Positions 1 through 9,003 of a stretch of DNA of 61,175 nucleotides are shown one piece after another (position 1 is the stretch's first letter; every line of letters starts with the position of its first letter). A program made the translations under genes and the position numbers. The notes beneath the pieces are model-generated. The model saw only the letters and a list, made by a program, of their open reading frames with translations, ran no database searches and was not told the DNA's origin. The DNA is from a virus (lineage: Duplodnaviria > Caudoviricetes), in the IMG/VR virus record IMGVR_UViG_3300037486_000366, positions 1-61,175 of that record; one strand, given 5' to 3'.

Positions 1-151
1 TCTATAGGTTTTTCTTCTATAGGGGTAAGATCAATTATTTCTTTGAATGCAACATCATAAGCCGCTTGATCTTGCTCATGGTTAACTATTCCTTGTCCTG
101 TTTGCATATTTCCTCCATTTGTGGGCGGACGCCACCGTCTCCACCTTATAT
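1..151. repeat. Terminal direct repeat (copy 1), circular assembly overlap
   Basis: Identical to 61025-61175 except g81 vs a61105, a synonymous AAC/AAT change in the scaffold gene. Confidence 0.95.
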
Positions 152-164
152 TTCATAAGTGTAT

Positions 165-446
165 CTAACTTTCGTTAGGCACTTTCTGATCAACTCCTGC
201 TTCGGCATTATATGCCCCTGTTTTAAATTCATTTCTCTCTTTTGTGGGGCGAGCAATATCAGCTAGAATATCGTCTCGCAGACCTCTTATTAACCCTTGA
301 AGTTCATCACGTCTTTCTCCCTTGGCTAATATGAGAGACTCTTTATACTCTTCTATATAACATTTCAATAGAGAAGTAAACAAAATTTTAACAGACCCGT
401 CAAGTAATTTAAACTGCTTTAATTTTTCTACCTTGTCGCTTCCCAT
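165..446 (-). CDS. Hypothetical head-region protein
   Basis: 93-aa ORF between the portal-adjacent gene and the scaffold, same strand. Confidence 0.7.
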   Translation of the reverse strand: MGSDKVEKLKQFKLLDGSVKILFTSLLKCYIEEYKESLILAKGERRDELQGLIRGLRDDILADIARPTKERNEFKTGAYNAEAGVDQKVPNES

Positions 447-850
447 AAACCTTTACGAAACCCTCCAGCCGTAGGAGCCTCTGCTCCAAATAAAGCTTTA
501 TCTTTTTCAGCTTCTATTTCACTGAAAACTCTATTAAAAATTCCTTCGTCTCCACCAATATCGACACCCAAATCAGTAATTTGAATATCTAAGTTCTGAC
601 GAATTTGTTTATCATACTGGTCTTCTGAGACACTAACTCGAACAACTTCACCCTCAGCTTCTATATGAACCTTATCTCCAACTCGTAGTTGTGAAATATC
701 AATGTTGAGTTTTTTAATTATTTCTGTAGAAAAATCTAGCCTTAACCCATACGGATAACTAGGACCTTTATCTTCACTGGATTTTTCAGCAACTAGAGCA
801 GTAGGTTCACTATCACTTTTAGGTATTTCCATATTAACTAACTTAATCAT
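428..850 (-). CDS. Putative capsid-associated (staple/cement-like) protein
   Basis: GGAGG RBS; YPYGLRL...VGD...V.RVS...IQITDL pattern resembles small beta-barrel head proteins found next to podophage portals. Confidence 0.5.
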   Translation of the reverse strand: MIKLVNMEIPKSDSEPTALVAEKSSEDKGPSYPYGLRLDFSTEIIKKLNIDISQLRVGDKVHIEAEGEVVRVSVSEDQYDKQIRQNLDIQITDLGVDIGGDEGIFNRVFSEIEAEKDKALFGAEAPTAGGFRKGLWEATR

Positions 851-860
851 TAGTACCTCC

Positions 861-2966
861 TTATTGAGTCATTGGACTAGAGATAGGCTCCTTTTCTGTA
901 GACCCAACTGTTTGTTCTAACCGTTTCAATCTCCCTGTTAAATTACGAACAGCAGATTCTATAGTATCTAAAGCTTGTTCTCTAGCATTTACTTCCATTT
1001 CAAGTTTTGCTTTCATGGTCTCTTCTTGCATGCGCATATTAAATTCTTCAGCTTGCTGAGCTTTTGCTGCTTCTTGTTGTGATTGAACTATTTGAGCATG
1101 TTCTTCAGGTGTACGTACAGCATCAACTTCAGCAATATCCGTTGACTTAGCCCATTCTTTAAGAAGATTTTCACGTTTAACCCAAGGAGCATCAAACTGA
1201 TTAAGAGTCATTTGTAAGAATAATTGAATCTGTTGTGCACGTAACTCTTTTGCCATAAGGGCTGTAGAACCACGTGCTTCAATTTCCATATCACCTTTAA
1301 TACTAGTATCAGGATTAAATTGCATATTCCAGTGATACATGTTAGAAATAAACGGTTTTGTGATACACTCATCAAACATTCTTACGATGTCAGTTAACCC
1401 TACATTAGCTTGCCCCATCAACATTGAAAGACCAGAGGCTGTTCTACCTGCACCAGAAACTCTGGCATCACCTTGCAAGTATCTTGGTATTAAGGTAACT
1501 TCATCTCCTGCTCTACTGAATGCTCCCCATAACTGCATAAATTCAGGAGTATAGGATGAAATTTGTTTTATACGAACAACTTCTTTTCCTGCAACATCAG
1601 CATCTCTACCTGTACGTAACCAGACTTTAAATGCCCCAGTCTCGGTAGGATCTTCGTTTGCATCTAACAGGTCAACATTAACTTCATATTGTGGTCCAGC
1701 ACAATGGGCAGCATTATCAATCATCCCACGTACAGAGGCATTAACAAGGCGTTGTGGGTCACGCATAACAGTAGGAATACCTTCAGCATAAATGCTTGTT
1801 TCATCTTTATCAAAGTAATAAGGATAATAGATAAACTCTACCCCTTCAATTGGCTGCTGTGCAATCTTAATGATACTATCACCGAGGACCCAAGCATTGA
1901 CAAAAATATCTATAATATCCTCATCAAGTTGTAGCATAATTATTTCTGGTTTCTGTTTATCTTCGTCATTTAAACTATTGACAAGGTCTACGACTGGAAT
2001 ATACCCCCAGAATTCTAGGACTTGATATTTACCTGTAGAAGAAGCTGGTACTTGATCAAAGGCTTTTAAGTTAAAAAGCTCCTGTTCAAAAAGTTCAAAG
2101 TTACAGTCACCAGCAGGATGGTCAGTTAAATAATTAGTAATTTCTTCCCCGTTAAAATCAGGTCGTTTAGCTAACTCCATAACTTTGTGACGTTGCAAAG
2201 TATGGCGTTCAATCATATAGCGACAATTTTCTATTTCCGTAACAGACATATCTAGATAAAGATTCCAGATATGCTTAAACTCGATATATGGTTTTAATAT
2301 AGGAACATTTTTTATGTTCCATTGACCCTCAGTATTCTGGGTCCATTTCTTTCTATATGTTTGATCAACTAAGGGTCCTTTCAGAAAACCAGTACCATAT
2401 AAGTGGCCTGAGTGCGCTACATCACGCATAAGTTTTCTATATTTCAGTTCAGTCAACTGGTCATTTATTGTGTTCTCCATTTTAGAAGCAATCACTTTAG
2501 AGGCTTCTAATCTAGCTATCTCTAACTCTTCTTCTGTTGGACTACGTGGAGTAGGTTTAGGTACAGTATTAGGGTCACCACCTTGTTGCTGTACCTGCTG
2601 TACTTGCTGTTGATACTGTGCTATTGAACTTTGTGCTATAGCTTGGGTTAGTCCTTGAATTAACTCTTGCTCAACATCTGGCGGGAACTCTGGCTCTGGC
2701 GTCGGTCTAATACCCCAGTTCTTTTCTCCGTTTGCCGGGAAGAGAAGATCCATGACTCTGGCGTCGACAGTCCTAACTTTTGTTCTTGTTTCTCTGATAA
2801 AGGCTTGTGACCGCTTTGGGTCCATGTTTTGCTTAATTTCCGGATCGTAGATGCCTTTATACTGCCTGAGGTCTTTGAGCCATAGATCTTCATAGCCTTT
2901 CCTCTTCCCCTTAGCTTCAGTAAAATATCCTTTAATCGTTTGTGATAAATCATAGCCTACAGTCAT
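861..2966 (-). CDS. Portal protein
   Basis: ~700 aa directly after TerL; HLYGTGFLKGP, GRTASGLSMLM and helical C-terminal barrel typical of P22/T7-like podophage portals; ATG at 2966 preferred over the TTG at 3002. Confidence 0.88.
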   Translation of the reverse strand: MTVGYDLSQTIKGYFTEAKGKRKGYEDLWLKDLRQYKGIYDPEIKQNMDPKRSQAFIRETRTKVRTVDARVMDLLFPANGEKNWGIRPTPEPEFPPDVEQELIQGLTQAIAQSSIAQYQQQVQQVQQQGGDPNTVPKPTPRSPTEEELEIARLEASKVIASKMENTINDQLTELKYRKLMRDVAHSGHLYGTGFLKGPLVDQTYRKKWTQNTEGQWNIKNVPILKPYIEFKHIWNLYLDMSVTEIENCRYMIERHTLQRHKVMELAKRPDFNGEEITNYLTDHPAGDCNFELFEQELFNLKAFDQVPASSTGKYQVLEFWGYIPVVDLVNSLNDEDKQKPEIIMLQLDEDIIDIFVNAWVLGDSIIKIAQQPIEGVEFIYYPYYFDKDETSIYAEGIPTVMRDPQRLVNASVRGMIDNAAHCAGPQYEVNVDLLDANEDPTETGAFKVWLRTGRDADVAGKEVVRIKQISSYTPEFMQLWGAFSRAGDEVTLIPRYLQGDARVSGAGRTASGLSMLMGQANVGLTDIVRMFDECITKPFISNMYHWNMQFNPDTSIKGDMEIEARGSTALMAKELRAQQIQLFLQMTLNQFDAPWVKRENLLKEWAKSTDIAEVDAVRTPEEHAQIVQSQQEAAKAQQAEEFNMRMQEETMKAKLEMEVNAREQALDTIESAVRNLTGRLKRLEQTVGSTEKEPISSPMTQ

Positions 2967-2967
2967 A

Positions 2968-4314
2968 TTAATACCCCGCAACTCTATCAATTGCCCCAAC
3001 ACGTATACTACGTCGTCCAGGCTGTTGTGTTGTATTCGGATACCATTTCCGCATACCTAAGAACTCATGCTTTTGTGCAAGTGTTTGAAAAGCATCAGCC
3101 CCATGACGAGACCAGTCTTTTACTGGATGCTCTTTAAATGTCCCCGTCGCTTCATCAAATTCCTTACGATAATTTTCAAGACAGTCAACTAATCTAGAAC
3201 AGCGAACAGCATCTATCCAAACATGTGGAAAGAATGTTCTTGCCATTTCAATGGAGTCTTCCTTATATTTCACTTTCTTCGCTATATCAAACTTAATGCC
3301 TACACGACGGGCAGATTCTAACCGGGAAATTCCTGGTCCTTGTTCTTTAACTTTAATATCGTGAGGAGCAACGTGGCGACCATAGATGTAAGGTTTCTCA
3401 CGTAATACTTTAGCGTAGTGAGCGAACCCCTCTCCAGAATTTTCATAGTAATCCATGATATGGACTTCACGACCAATGTCCTGTGTAAACACAATCGACA
3501 TCGAATCATCCATTCCAAGGTCCCACCATGTGTCTACTGGGACTCCTGTGTGTATAGGTACCCCAGAAATCCTCCCCTCTTTTCTAGCATTCACTAACTG
3601 AAGCGAGAAGTAAGCACCAGGAATACCTGCTTCCCAGGAACAATAATATTCCTGTTGAATCATTTCCTCAGAAATAATACCTTCCTGTCTTATCTGATCT
3701 ATCTGACTCTCTTTAAATACTCCAGTATCAGTGATTGTAAGTAACTGAGCAAACCAGGAACCATTCGCCTTACTCATACGTTGAGCCATGTTATAGAGTC
3801 TGTAACCATGGTTTTTACCGCGGGGAGTATATACAAAGATCGCCCAGCCCCCGTTCTCTAACAGAATTGGGGAAATGAGTTCCCAGGCTTTAGGGTCTTG
3901 TAGAGAGTATTCTGAAAAGATACAACCGACTGGATTTGGCCCGACCAGTCTATTAATGTAGTCAGTACCAACTATCTGATAAATAGAGCCATTCACAAAC
4001 TCTACTTGCATATCGGTCTTATTTTTGTTTTTGATTATTTCAGGTGGAAAGTGGTCAACGAAGGGTCTTCCAGTTTTGGTCATACCTTGCCAGGCAATTT
4101 TCCTACCTTGATTATATGTAGGAAATAAGTGCCAGTATAACCCTACGCGTTCCATAGCTGCTGTGGCGCAAAAGTTAATGGCAGTAAGATCTTTTCCTGT
4201 ACGTCTGTGCCATACCCATACTGCACGTAGACATCCAGCTTCTAATGCACGCCATCCTGGAAATTGATAATGGCGAGGGGTGAAATCGTATGGAAGAGTT
4301 ATTTCAGCAATCAT
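2968..4314 (-). CDS. terL: Terminase large subunit
   Basis: Walker A HRRTGKD, Walker B CIFSEYS, YTPRG coupling motif, RNase H-like nuclease motifs WDLGMDDS and HGADAF. Confidence 0.95.
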   Translation of the reverse strand: MIAEITLPYDFTPRHYQFPGWRALEAGCLRAVWVWHRRTGKDLTAINFCATAAMERVGLYWHLFPTYNQGRKIAWQGMTKTGRPFVDHFPPEIIKNKNKTDMQVEFVNGSIYQIVGTDYINRLVGPNPVGCIFSEYSLQDPKAWELISPILLENGGWAIFVYTPRGKNHGYRLYNMAQRMSKANGSWFAQLLTITDTGVFKESQIDQIRQEGIISEEMIQQEYYCSWEAGIPGAYFSLQLVNARKEGRISGVPIHTGVPVDTWWDLGMDDSMSIVFTQDIGREVHIMDYYENSGEGFAHYAKVLREKPYIYGRHVAPHDIKVKEQGPGISRLESARRVGIKFDIAKKVKYKEDSIEMARTFFPHVWIDAVRCSRLVDCLENYRKEFDEATGTFKEHPVKDWSRHGADAFQTLAQKHEFLGMRKWYPNTTQQPGRRSIRVGAIDRVAGY

Positions 4315-4317
4315 ATT

Positions 4318-4656
4318 TTATGTCTTGGTTTCTTCGTCAGGGTCTCCTAGTAATGCTTTACGCCCCTCATCTGTAAGCTTACTTTCTGCTGAATCATTCT
4401 CTGAGAACTTTTTAATCCGTATGACAAGGCCTTCATCGTCAGCATTACCAATTTCAACTGCTCGACGTTTAGGATGAAGATACTGGGCAAGGTCACGGAG
4501 AATTTTGATTCGTTCGGCAAGAGGGGTGTTAACATTTTTTGCTAGTTTGGCCATCTCGATAATCGGGTCAAGGTCCTCGGCATCTAGCTTGAATTGAAGA
4601 TCATATAAGGCTGCTTGGCCACGACGCTTCTTTAACTCTTTGTTCATCTCGGACAT
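4318..4656 (-). CDS. terS: Probable terminase small subunit
   Basis: 112 aa immediately upstream of TerL; helical, with LAQYLHPKRRAVEI motif typical of this position. Confidence 0.65.
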   Translation of the reverse strand: MSEMNKELKKRRGQAALYDLQFKLDAEDLDPIIEMAKLAKNVNTPLAERIKILRDLAQYLHPKRRAVEIGNADDEGLVIRIKKFSENDSAESKLTDEGRKALLGDPDEETKT

Positions 4657-4699
4657 AGGGCCTCTTTTCAGATAAAGATCTTTATAGACTATATAACAT

Positions 4700-4728
4700 A
4701 TTGTACACTGTTTTAGATAGTTTGTAAA
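4700..4728 (-). promoter_or_regulatory. sigma70-type promoter for the packaging/structural arm
   Basis: Minus strand TTTACA-N17-TACAAT, ~45 nt upstream of terS. Confidence 0.6.
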
Positions 4729-4915
4729 TATATTTGTTACACTAGGATAAAAATATATTTGTGTGGAGTACTAGGGACTAGAATAAAAGGGGCTTTCACC
4801 GCGCCCCTCGGATTTTTCTAGCTCGTAAGCGGGCAAAGGGGAATGGCAGTTGGTCCATGTGGGCCGAAAATCATTTTAATATTTTCATAATTAATTAATC
4901 ATTTATATTTTTTTA

Positions 4916-4944
4916 TTGTACAAAATCATATTTTATTATATAAT
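4916..4944 (+). promoter_or_regulatory. sigma70-type early promoter
   Basis: TTGTAC-N17-TATAAT preceded by an AT-rich UP-like tract. Confidence 0.6.
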
Positions 4945-5036
4945 GATATTAAATGAAATTGAATATCGCGTGTGTATAACATCACACAATAATAAAAATG
5001 TTGTTCTAGTACCGTTCTTTGATAATTGAATATTGT

Positions 5037-5466
5037 GTGTGTTTCTCGTACATAACAATCATCTTAAAGGAGGATTTGTAATGGACGAGAAATTGGCGAA
5101 GAGGTTCGAGGGATTTTGTGAAATGTTGGTGGAATGTGACGACACCCAAAAGGCAAAGATCCGTGAATTGCTGGGAGTGAAGGAAATTCCTATCGGCACA
5201 GTGGCAAAATCACGCATGACCGGTAAATTCATGCGTACCGACAAGGTGTATGAGGGAAATCTCAATAAGCAAATGACCGTGTTGATTAAATCTCTACCCT
5301 CTGACCGTGGTATCACCGTTGATGAATGGGCGACACTTGCAATTGAGAATAAGTTGGAAACACAACAGTCACCGGTTAGGATTGTTGCGTACTACAGAAA
5401 ACAGATCATCGAAATGGGATTCGCGAAACAGGTATAATGATCATAAACCTCGTACGAGAAACACAC
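5037..5466. repeat. 15-bp perfect inverted repeat enclosing the first early gene
   Basis: GTGTGTTTCTCGTAC (5037-5051) and GTACGAGAAACACAC (5452-5466). Confidence 0.9.
5081..5437 (+). CDS. Putative winged-helix-like DNA-binding protein (paralog 1)
   Basis: AAGGAGG RBS before ATG 5081; C-terminal LETQQSPVRIVAYYRKQIIEMGF resembles two other ORFs in this genome. Confidence 0.65.
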   Translation: MDEKLAKRFEGFCEMLVECDDTQKAKIRELLGVKEIPIGTVAKSRMTGKFMRTDKVYEGNLNKQMTVLIKSLPSDRGITVDEWATLAIENKLETQQSPVRIVAYYRKQIIEMGFAKQV

Positions 5467-5472
5467 CAAATG

Positions 5473-5499
5473 AAAGAGACGCTTAATTGCGTCTTTTTT
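5473..5499 (+). terminator. Rho-independent terminator
   Basis: AAAGAGACGC-TTAATT-GCGTCTTTTT hairpin running into a T tract. Confidence 0.75.
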
Positions 5500-5596
5500 A
5501 TTATATTAAATAAGAGAATAAGGGGTCGCAAGAAAGTAACGCTTTTCAGTTGGATTTGTTTTTGGTGCTTATACATCGGTGATCGTAGATATTAAT

Positions 5597-5643
5597 CTTC
5601 GGTAATCTTCGGGGTTTACTTTTAATTAAATGCATGATATAAT
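5597..5643 (+). promoter_or_regulatory. Phage promoter family member with upstream CTTCG direct repeats
   Basis: CTTCG at 5597 and 5607, TTTACT 5615-5620, N17, TGn-TATAAT 5638-5643. Confidence 0.8.
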
Positions 5644-5671
5644 AAAAATAAAGAAAGGAGAATGGAACTAA

Positions 5672-5806
5672 ATGAAAGTATTGTTTAAATGTAACTTTTG
5701 TGGAAAGACTTGGAAAAAGAAGTTTGGACCTAAAAGCTCAATTGAACAAAGGTGCCCAAAATGTAAAGAGTATGATGTAGAACTTATTCAAACCAATGTT
5801 AAATAA
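5672..5806 (+). CDS. Small zinc-ribbon protein (44 aa; not in ORF track)
   Basis: MKVLFKCNFCGK...RCPKCKEYDV; two CxxC pairs; AAAGGAG RBS. Confidence 0.7.
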   Translation: MKVLFKCNFCGKTWKKKFGPKSSIEQRCPKCKEYDVELIQTNVK

Positions 5807-5820
5807 GAAAGGAGAATGAA

Positions 5821-6243
5821 ATGAAGCACATCGATTCTTTAAGAGTTATTGGCGAACGAGGTTGCGCAACCAAGGATAAAGCAAGGCTTAGTCTTATCAA
5901 CCATCCAATGTCGTATTTAGACATGATTAAATTCTACGACCACGTTAAAACACTCTTCCCTAATATGCCTGAAATCTATATTAGAAATATGAACAAGGGA
6001 AATGCTAGATTGCACGGCACCTTCTTTTTTGAAAGAAAAGAGATCCGAATAAATCGCTCTTGTGTACTAGTTCTACTTCATGAGCTCTCCCATGTGATAC
6101 AACGCTACCATTATAAAGATTGCGGCACATCTCACTCAAGCGTTTTCTGTAATGTACTTGATCATCTTATTTACGATTGGGTAAAACTTAATAAGGAAGA
6201 AGCATTGAGTATCGGTCTTATACTGAAAGGAGAACAATCATGA
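5821..6243 (+). CDS. SprT-like zincin metallopeptidase-domain protein
   Basis: LLHELSH (HExxH) plus downstream SHSSVF third-ligand motif. Confidence 0.65.
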   Translation: MKHIDSLRVIGERGCATKDKARLSLINHPMSYLDMIKFYDHVKTLFPNMPEIYIRNMNKGNARLHGTFFFERKEIRINRSCVLVLLHELSHVIQRYHYKDCGTSHSSVFCNVLDHLIYDWVKLNKEEALSIGLILKGEQS

Positions 6244-6488
6244 GGTTAAAAAGTGTAGAAACATATGTTCAATATACTTACTTCGATGCTCCTGATGCCT
6301 TCGTTAACCTTTACATTGGTTGGAAACACTCAACTAACCCAGCACTCAGAAGTATTGCTTTTCAGCTTGCTGACTACATTCTCGAACTTGCTGCCTTCTG
6401 TGAGGACAAAGAATTTGTTTCTCCTCTTGACTGGGTTGAAACAAGGGTTCAGACTTTGGACGGAGTTGAGTTGATCGAAGATTGTTAA
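6240..6488 (+). CDS. Hypothetical protein
   Basis: AGGAG RBS, ATGA overlap with upstream gene. Confidence 0.7.
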   Translation: MRLKSVETYVQYTYFDAPDAFVNLYIGWKHSTNPALRSIAFQLADYILELAAFCEDKEFVSPLDWVETRVQTLDGVELIEDC

Positions 6489-6499
6489 TCGTGATAAAA

Positions 6500-6960
6500 A
6501 TATATTCTATCTGAAATATATTGGCTCTGAAGAATATCATATTCTACCATGTTATTAACATGATTAAACAATGTTAATCATATCAGAGATATTATTGACA
6601 CGGTAAAAAATTGACTTTTTTCTTCTCAATAATATTCAGATATATTTAAGTTATTAATATGATTAAACAATGTTCTTTGATAAAGAGACATAATGACAAA
6701 GGGGATTAATTCGCCAATAAATTTACTCATCACCCTTGTTATTAATATTATTCAACATATGGTTTATATATTAGACTGTTATTGGCAAAGGAGGTCAAAA
6801 TTTTAGATTTAGAAAATTTTATTTTTTTTTTTTTAAACCTCTATATATAGTCAGTATATATCTTTTATAGAATAAAATGTTGTACAAAGTTAATAACTTA
6901 TGTTAAAATAATTATATCTGAATATTATTGGTGATATAAAACGCCAATATAAATTAAACT
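6500..6960. repeat. AT-rich non-coding region with direct and inverted repeats (candidate replication origin)
   Basis: 25-bp direct repeat at 6551-6575 and 6650-6674 (1 mismatch) with a degenerate third copy at 6738; 18-bp perfect inverted repeat 6627-6644/6913-6930; T13 run at 6822-6834. Confidence 0.55.
6880..6909 (+). promoter_or_regulatory. Putative sigma70-type promoter
   Basis: TTGTAC-N18-TAAAAT with extended -10 TG. Confidence 0.45.
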
Positions 6961-6984
6961 TTTTCCACATAGAAAGGAGCACCG

Positions 6985-7410
6985 ATGTCCAAGAAACTCA
7001 TTAAGCAACTCATCGAAATAGGTACTCGTATCATTCCCGATGATTATGACACCCCTCAACAAAAATCTTTCTGCTTAAAACTAACCTACCCATGCTGTGG
7101 TAAACGTTCATGGAAATACATCCGTCCTCTCTACACAAGCCCCTGTTCTGCCCTTCCACTCACACTTGTAATTCACCACAGAAACTGTATTTATAGTATC
7201 TTGTGTTTTCGAATCACGGTTTCTTTTCAACCAAACCACAATAATACTGATGTTATTGCGATGATTGATGATTGGTTTGAATTAAAGAAAGAAAACAGTT
7301 ACATTCTCGACTATAAACAAAAGCGCCTTTGTAAACGCCGTTGCAACCATTACAAATATTGTAAATACTGTGAACCATGCGAATGCTTAAAACGAGGAAC
7401 AAACAATTAA
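6985..7410 (+). CDS. Cys-rich hypothetical protein
   Basis: AAAGGAG RBS; C-terminal CKRRCNHYKYCKYCEPCEC. Confidence 0.7.
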   Translation: MSKKLIKQLIEIGTRIIPDDYDTPQQKSFCLKLTYPCCGKRSWKYIRPLYTSPCSALPLTLVIHHRNCIYSILCFRITVSFQPNHNNTDVIAMIDDWFELKKENSYILDYKQKRLCKRRCNHYKYCKYCEPCECLKRGTNN

Positions 7411-7420
7411 CACCGATAAT

Positions 7421-7457
7421 CTTCGTTATTTACTTTTAAATTTACCCGTGATATAAT
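7421..7457 (+). promoter_or_regulatory. Phage promoter family member
   Basis: CTTCG 7421, TTTACT 7429-7434, N17, TGn-TATAAT 7452-7457. Confidence 0.8.
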
Positions 7458-7502
7458 AATTATAATGTAAAGATTTTCAATAGTATCTGTAAGGAGAAAA
7501 TT

Positions 7503-7715
7503 ATGAGCGGACCTGAAAGAACTCCAATGGCCGAGGACATGGCAACGATACTCAAAGGGACAATTAAAGTCCTTGAAATCTATGAAGCTATTGTTAAACA
7601 TGTAGCTTACAGCCCACAAATGATCATTAATCAAATGGACCTGGAAGATTTCGAGGAGAAGATAAGCTCTCGCGATGTCCAATTCAAAGAACCTATTTTT
7701 AAGAAAGGAGAATGA
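7503..7715 (+). CDS. Hypothetical protein
   Basis: AAGGAG RBS downstream of promoter. Confidence 0.7.
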   Translation: MSGPERTPMAEDMATILKGTIKVLEIYEAIVKHVAYSPQMIINQMDLEDFEEKISSRDVQFKEPIFKKGE

Positions 7716-7718
7716 AAG

Positions 7719-7922
7719 ATGGGAGAAAAAATGAGTAAAGAGGAAATGATGCAGGCAATGGACCAGGCAGCTATACAAGCTGAACAGTTTCTTCGCTCAA
7801 TTCTTGGGGCTGATTGTTCAGCGGAAGACGTGTTGCGATGGTTTAAAAACTGGTACCTTCAGGCCGGTCACAAGCGGTTAGGACGCATCATGGTAAAACT
7901 TTCAAAGGAGTACCAACTGTAA
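7719..7922 (+). CDS. Hypothetical protein
   Basis: AGAAAGGAG RBS; WFKNWYLQAGHKRLGRI motif. Confidence 0.7.
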   Translation: MGEKMSKEEMMQAMDQAAIQAEQFLRSILGADCSAEDVLRWFKNWYLQAGHKRLGRIMVKLSKEYQL

Positions 7923-8044
7923 TGGACATTTTAATTGCAGCAATAGCAGGTAAGGTAGTCGCGATAGCTGGGTGTCTTCTGATACTGTCTGGCATCTGTC
8001 ATTTGATCCGGAAGATACGCCATAAGATTGCAAGGGTGAAATAA
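7922..8044 (+). CDS. Small membrane peptide (40 aa; not in ORF track)
   Basis: AAGGAG RBS, TAATG coupling; hydrophobic stretch followed by basic tail. Confidence 0.55.
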   Translation: MDILIAAIAGKVVAIAGCLLILSGICHLIRKIRHKIARVK

Positions 8045-8139
8045 TGAGTAACGATGATCTGACATGGCCAGAGGTCGTGGTTATTTTAATCATTACTGTG
8101 TTTGTTGCTTTTATGGTATTAATCTTAAAGGCACCTTGA
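8044..8139 (+). CDS. Small membrane peptide (31 aa; not in ORF track)
   Basis: TAATG coupling; MSNDDLTWPEVVVILIITVFVAFMVLILKAP, one TM helix. Confidence 0.55.
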   Translation: MSNDDLTWPEVVVILIITVFVAFMVLILKAP

Positions 8140-8233
8140 CTATGTAAGAACTATTCTTTTAGTTATGCGCTGGGGTAGCGCGACGGTGAAGTGTAGCAGG
8201 GTGCCTCTTAACAACAGAAAGGAGAATGCAGTT

Positions 8234-8698
8234 ATGGCAAAGCGAAAGATTTTAATTCAGACTGTCGAGACCATTTGGTCATCAGCCGAAGTAGATTTAC
8301 CTGATGAAGCCTTTGAAACTGACCTTCATGAATGGATTCAGTTACACCCCAATGAATGTATGAAAACCACCCTTCATATCCAGAACGTTATTAATTCCAC
8401 AACGAATGCCTTCTATCTCGCGCTTGAAGATGTACAGGCAATAATTTATTCTGAAGATTGCCGCACTCTCGGTCGCATTGAAGACCAAATAATGGAGGAT
8501 TCACGCGATTTGACAATTGACTTGATGGAGAAACTGGAACTAATTCCAACTACTATAGTTACATTCATTGAGGACGTAGATGAGGACCTATTTGCAAAGT
8601 GGAACACTAAGGCAGTTGATGCACTTAACTTTCACTTAGGTCGCCATCAAATACCACCGATAGTTAGGGCATTTGTCCGGGAGAAGGGGGTACTTTAA
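8234..8698 (+). CDS. Hypothetical protein
   Basis: AGAAAGGAG RBS before ATG 8234. Confidence 0.7.
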   Translation: MAKRKILIQTVETIWSSAEVDLPDEAFETDLHEWIQLHPNECMKTTLHIQNVINSTTNAFYLALEDVQAIIYSEDCRTLGRIEDQIMEDSRDLTIDLMEKLELIPTTIVTFIEDVDEDLFAKWNTKAVDALNFHLGRHQIPPIVRAFVREKGVL

Positions 8699-8875
8699 AT
8701 GGCATTAACATCACATGATGAGGAAGAGAGGGGCGGGGTATCTTGTTTCACTTGCAGTGACGCCCAGTGTAGGGAAACTCAAATCAATATCTACAACATT
8801 TCTCGTGGTATAAGTACGAACATCCCTGTTGATACTTATTTAAAAACTACCGGTTGTGATGAGTGGAGGGAATGA
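8699..8875 (+). CDS. Small Cys-containing hypothetical protein (58 aa; not in ORF track)
   Basis: Abuts previous stop; CFTCSDAQC...GCDEW. Confidence 0.5.
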   Translation: MALTSHDEEERGGVSCFTCSDAQCRETQINIYNISRGISTNIPVDTYLKTTGCDEWRE

Positions 8876-9003
8876 TGACTATGTTTCTTAATCTCCTTGA
8901 AGGATATATTATGTGCTTTGTATACGCCTTCTTTGTGTTTGGCGCGGTGGCAGTGATTGCTCTAGTGACGTGGCTTTATATGCTTATCTTTGAGGCTGAT
9001 TAA
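8872..9003 (+). CDS. Small membrane peptide (43 aa; not in ORF track)
   Basis: GGAGG RBS, ATGA overlap; long hydrophobic segment. Confidence 0.55.
   Translation: MMTMFLNLLEGYIMCFVYAFFVFGAVAVIALVTWLYMLIFEAD

Noticed and set aside
1-151. Biological terminal repeat of the virion DNA
   Set aside because: The length equals a typical read length and it cuts through a gene and tandem repeat; an assembly overlap is more likely.
6500-6960. CRISPR mini-array
   Set aside because: Only two good repeats with ~74-nt AT-rich spacing and internal sub-repeats; no cas genes.
8129-8206. tRNA gene
   Set aside because: The length is similar, but there is no TTC T-loop, no U33 and no normal acceptor end.
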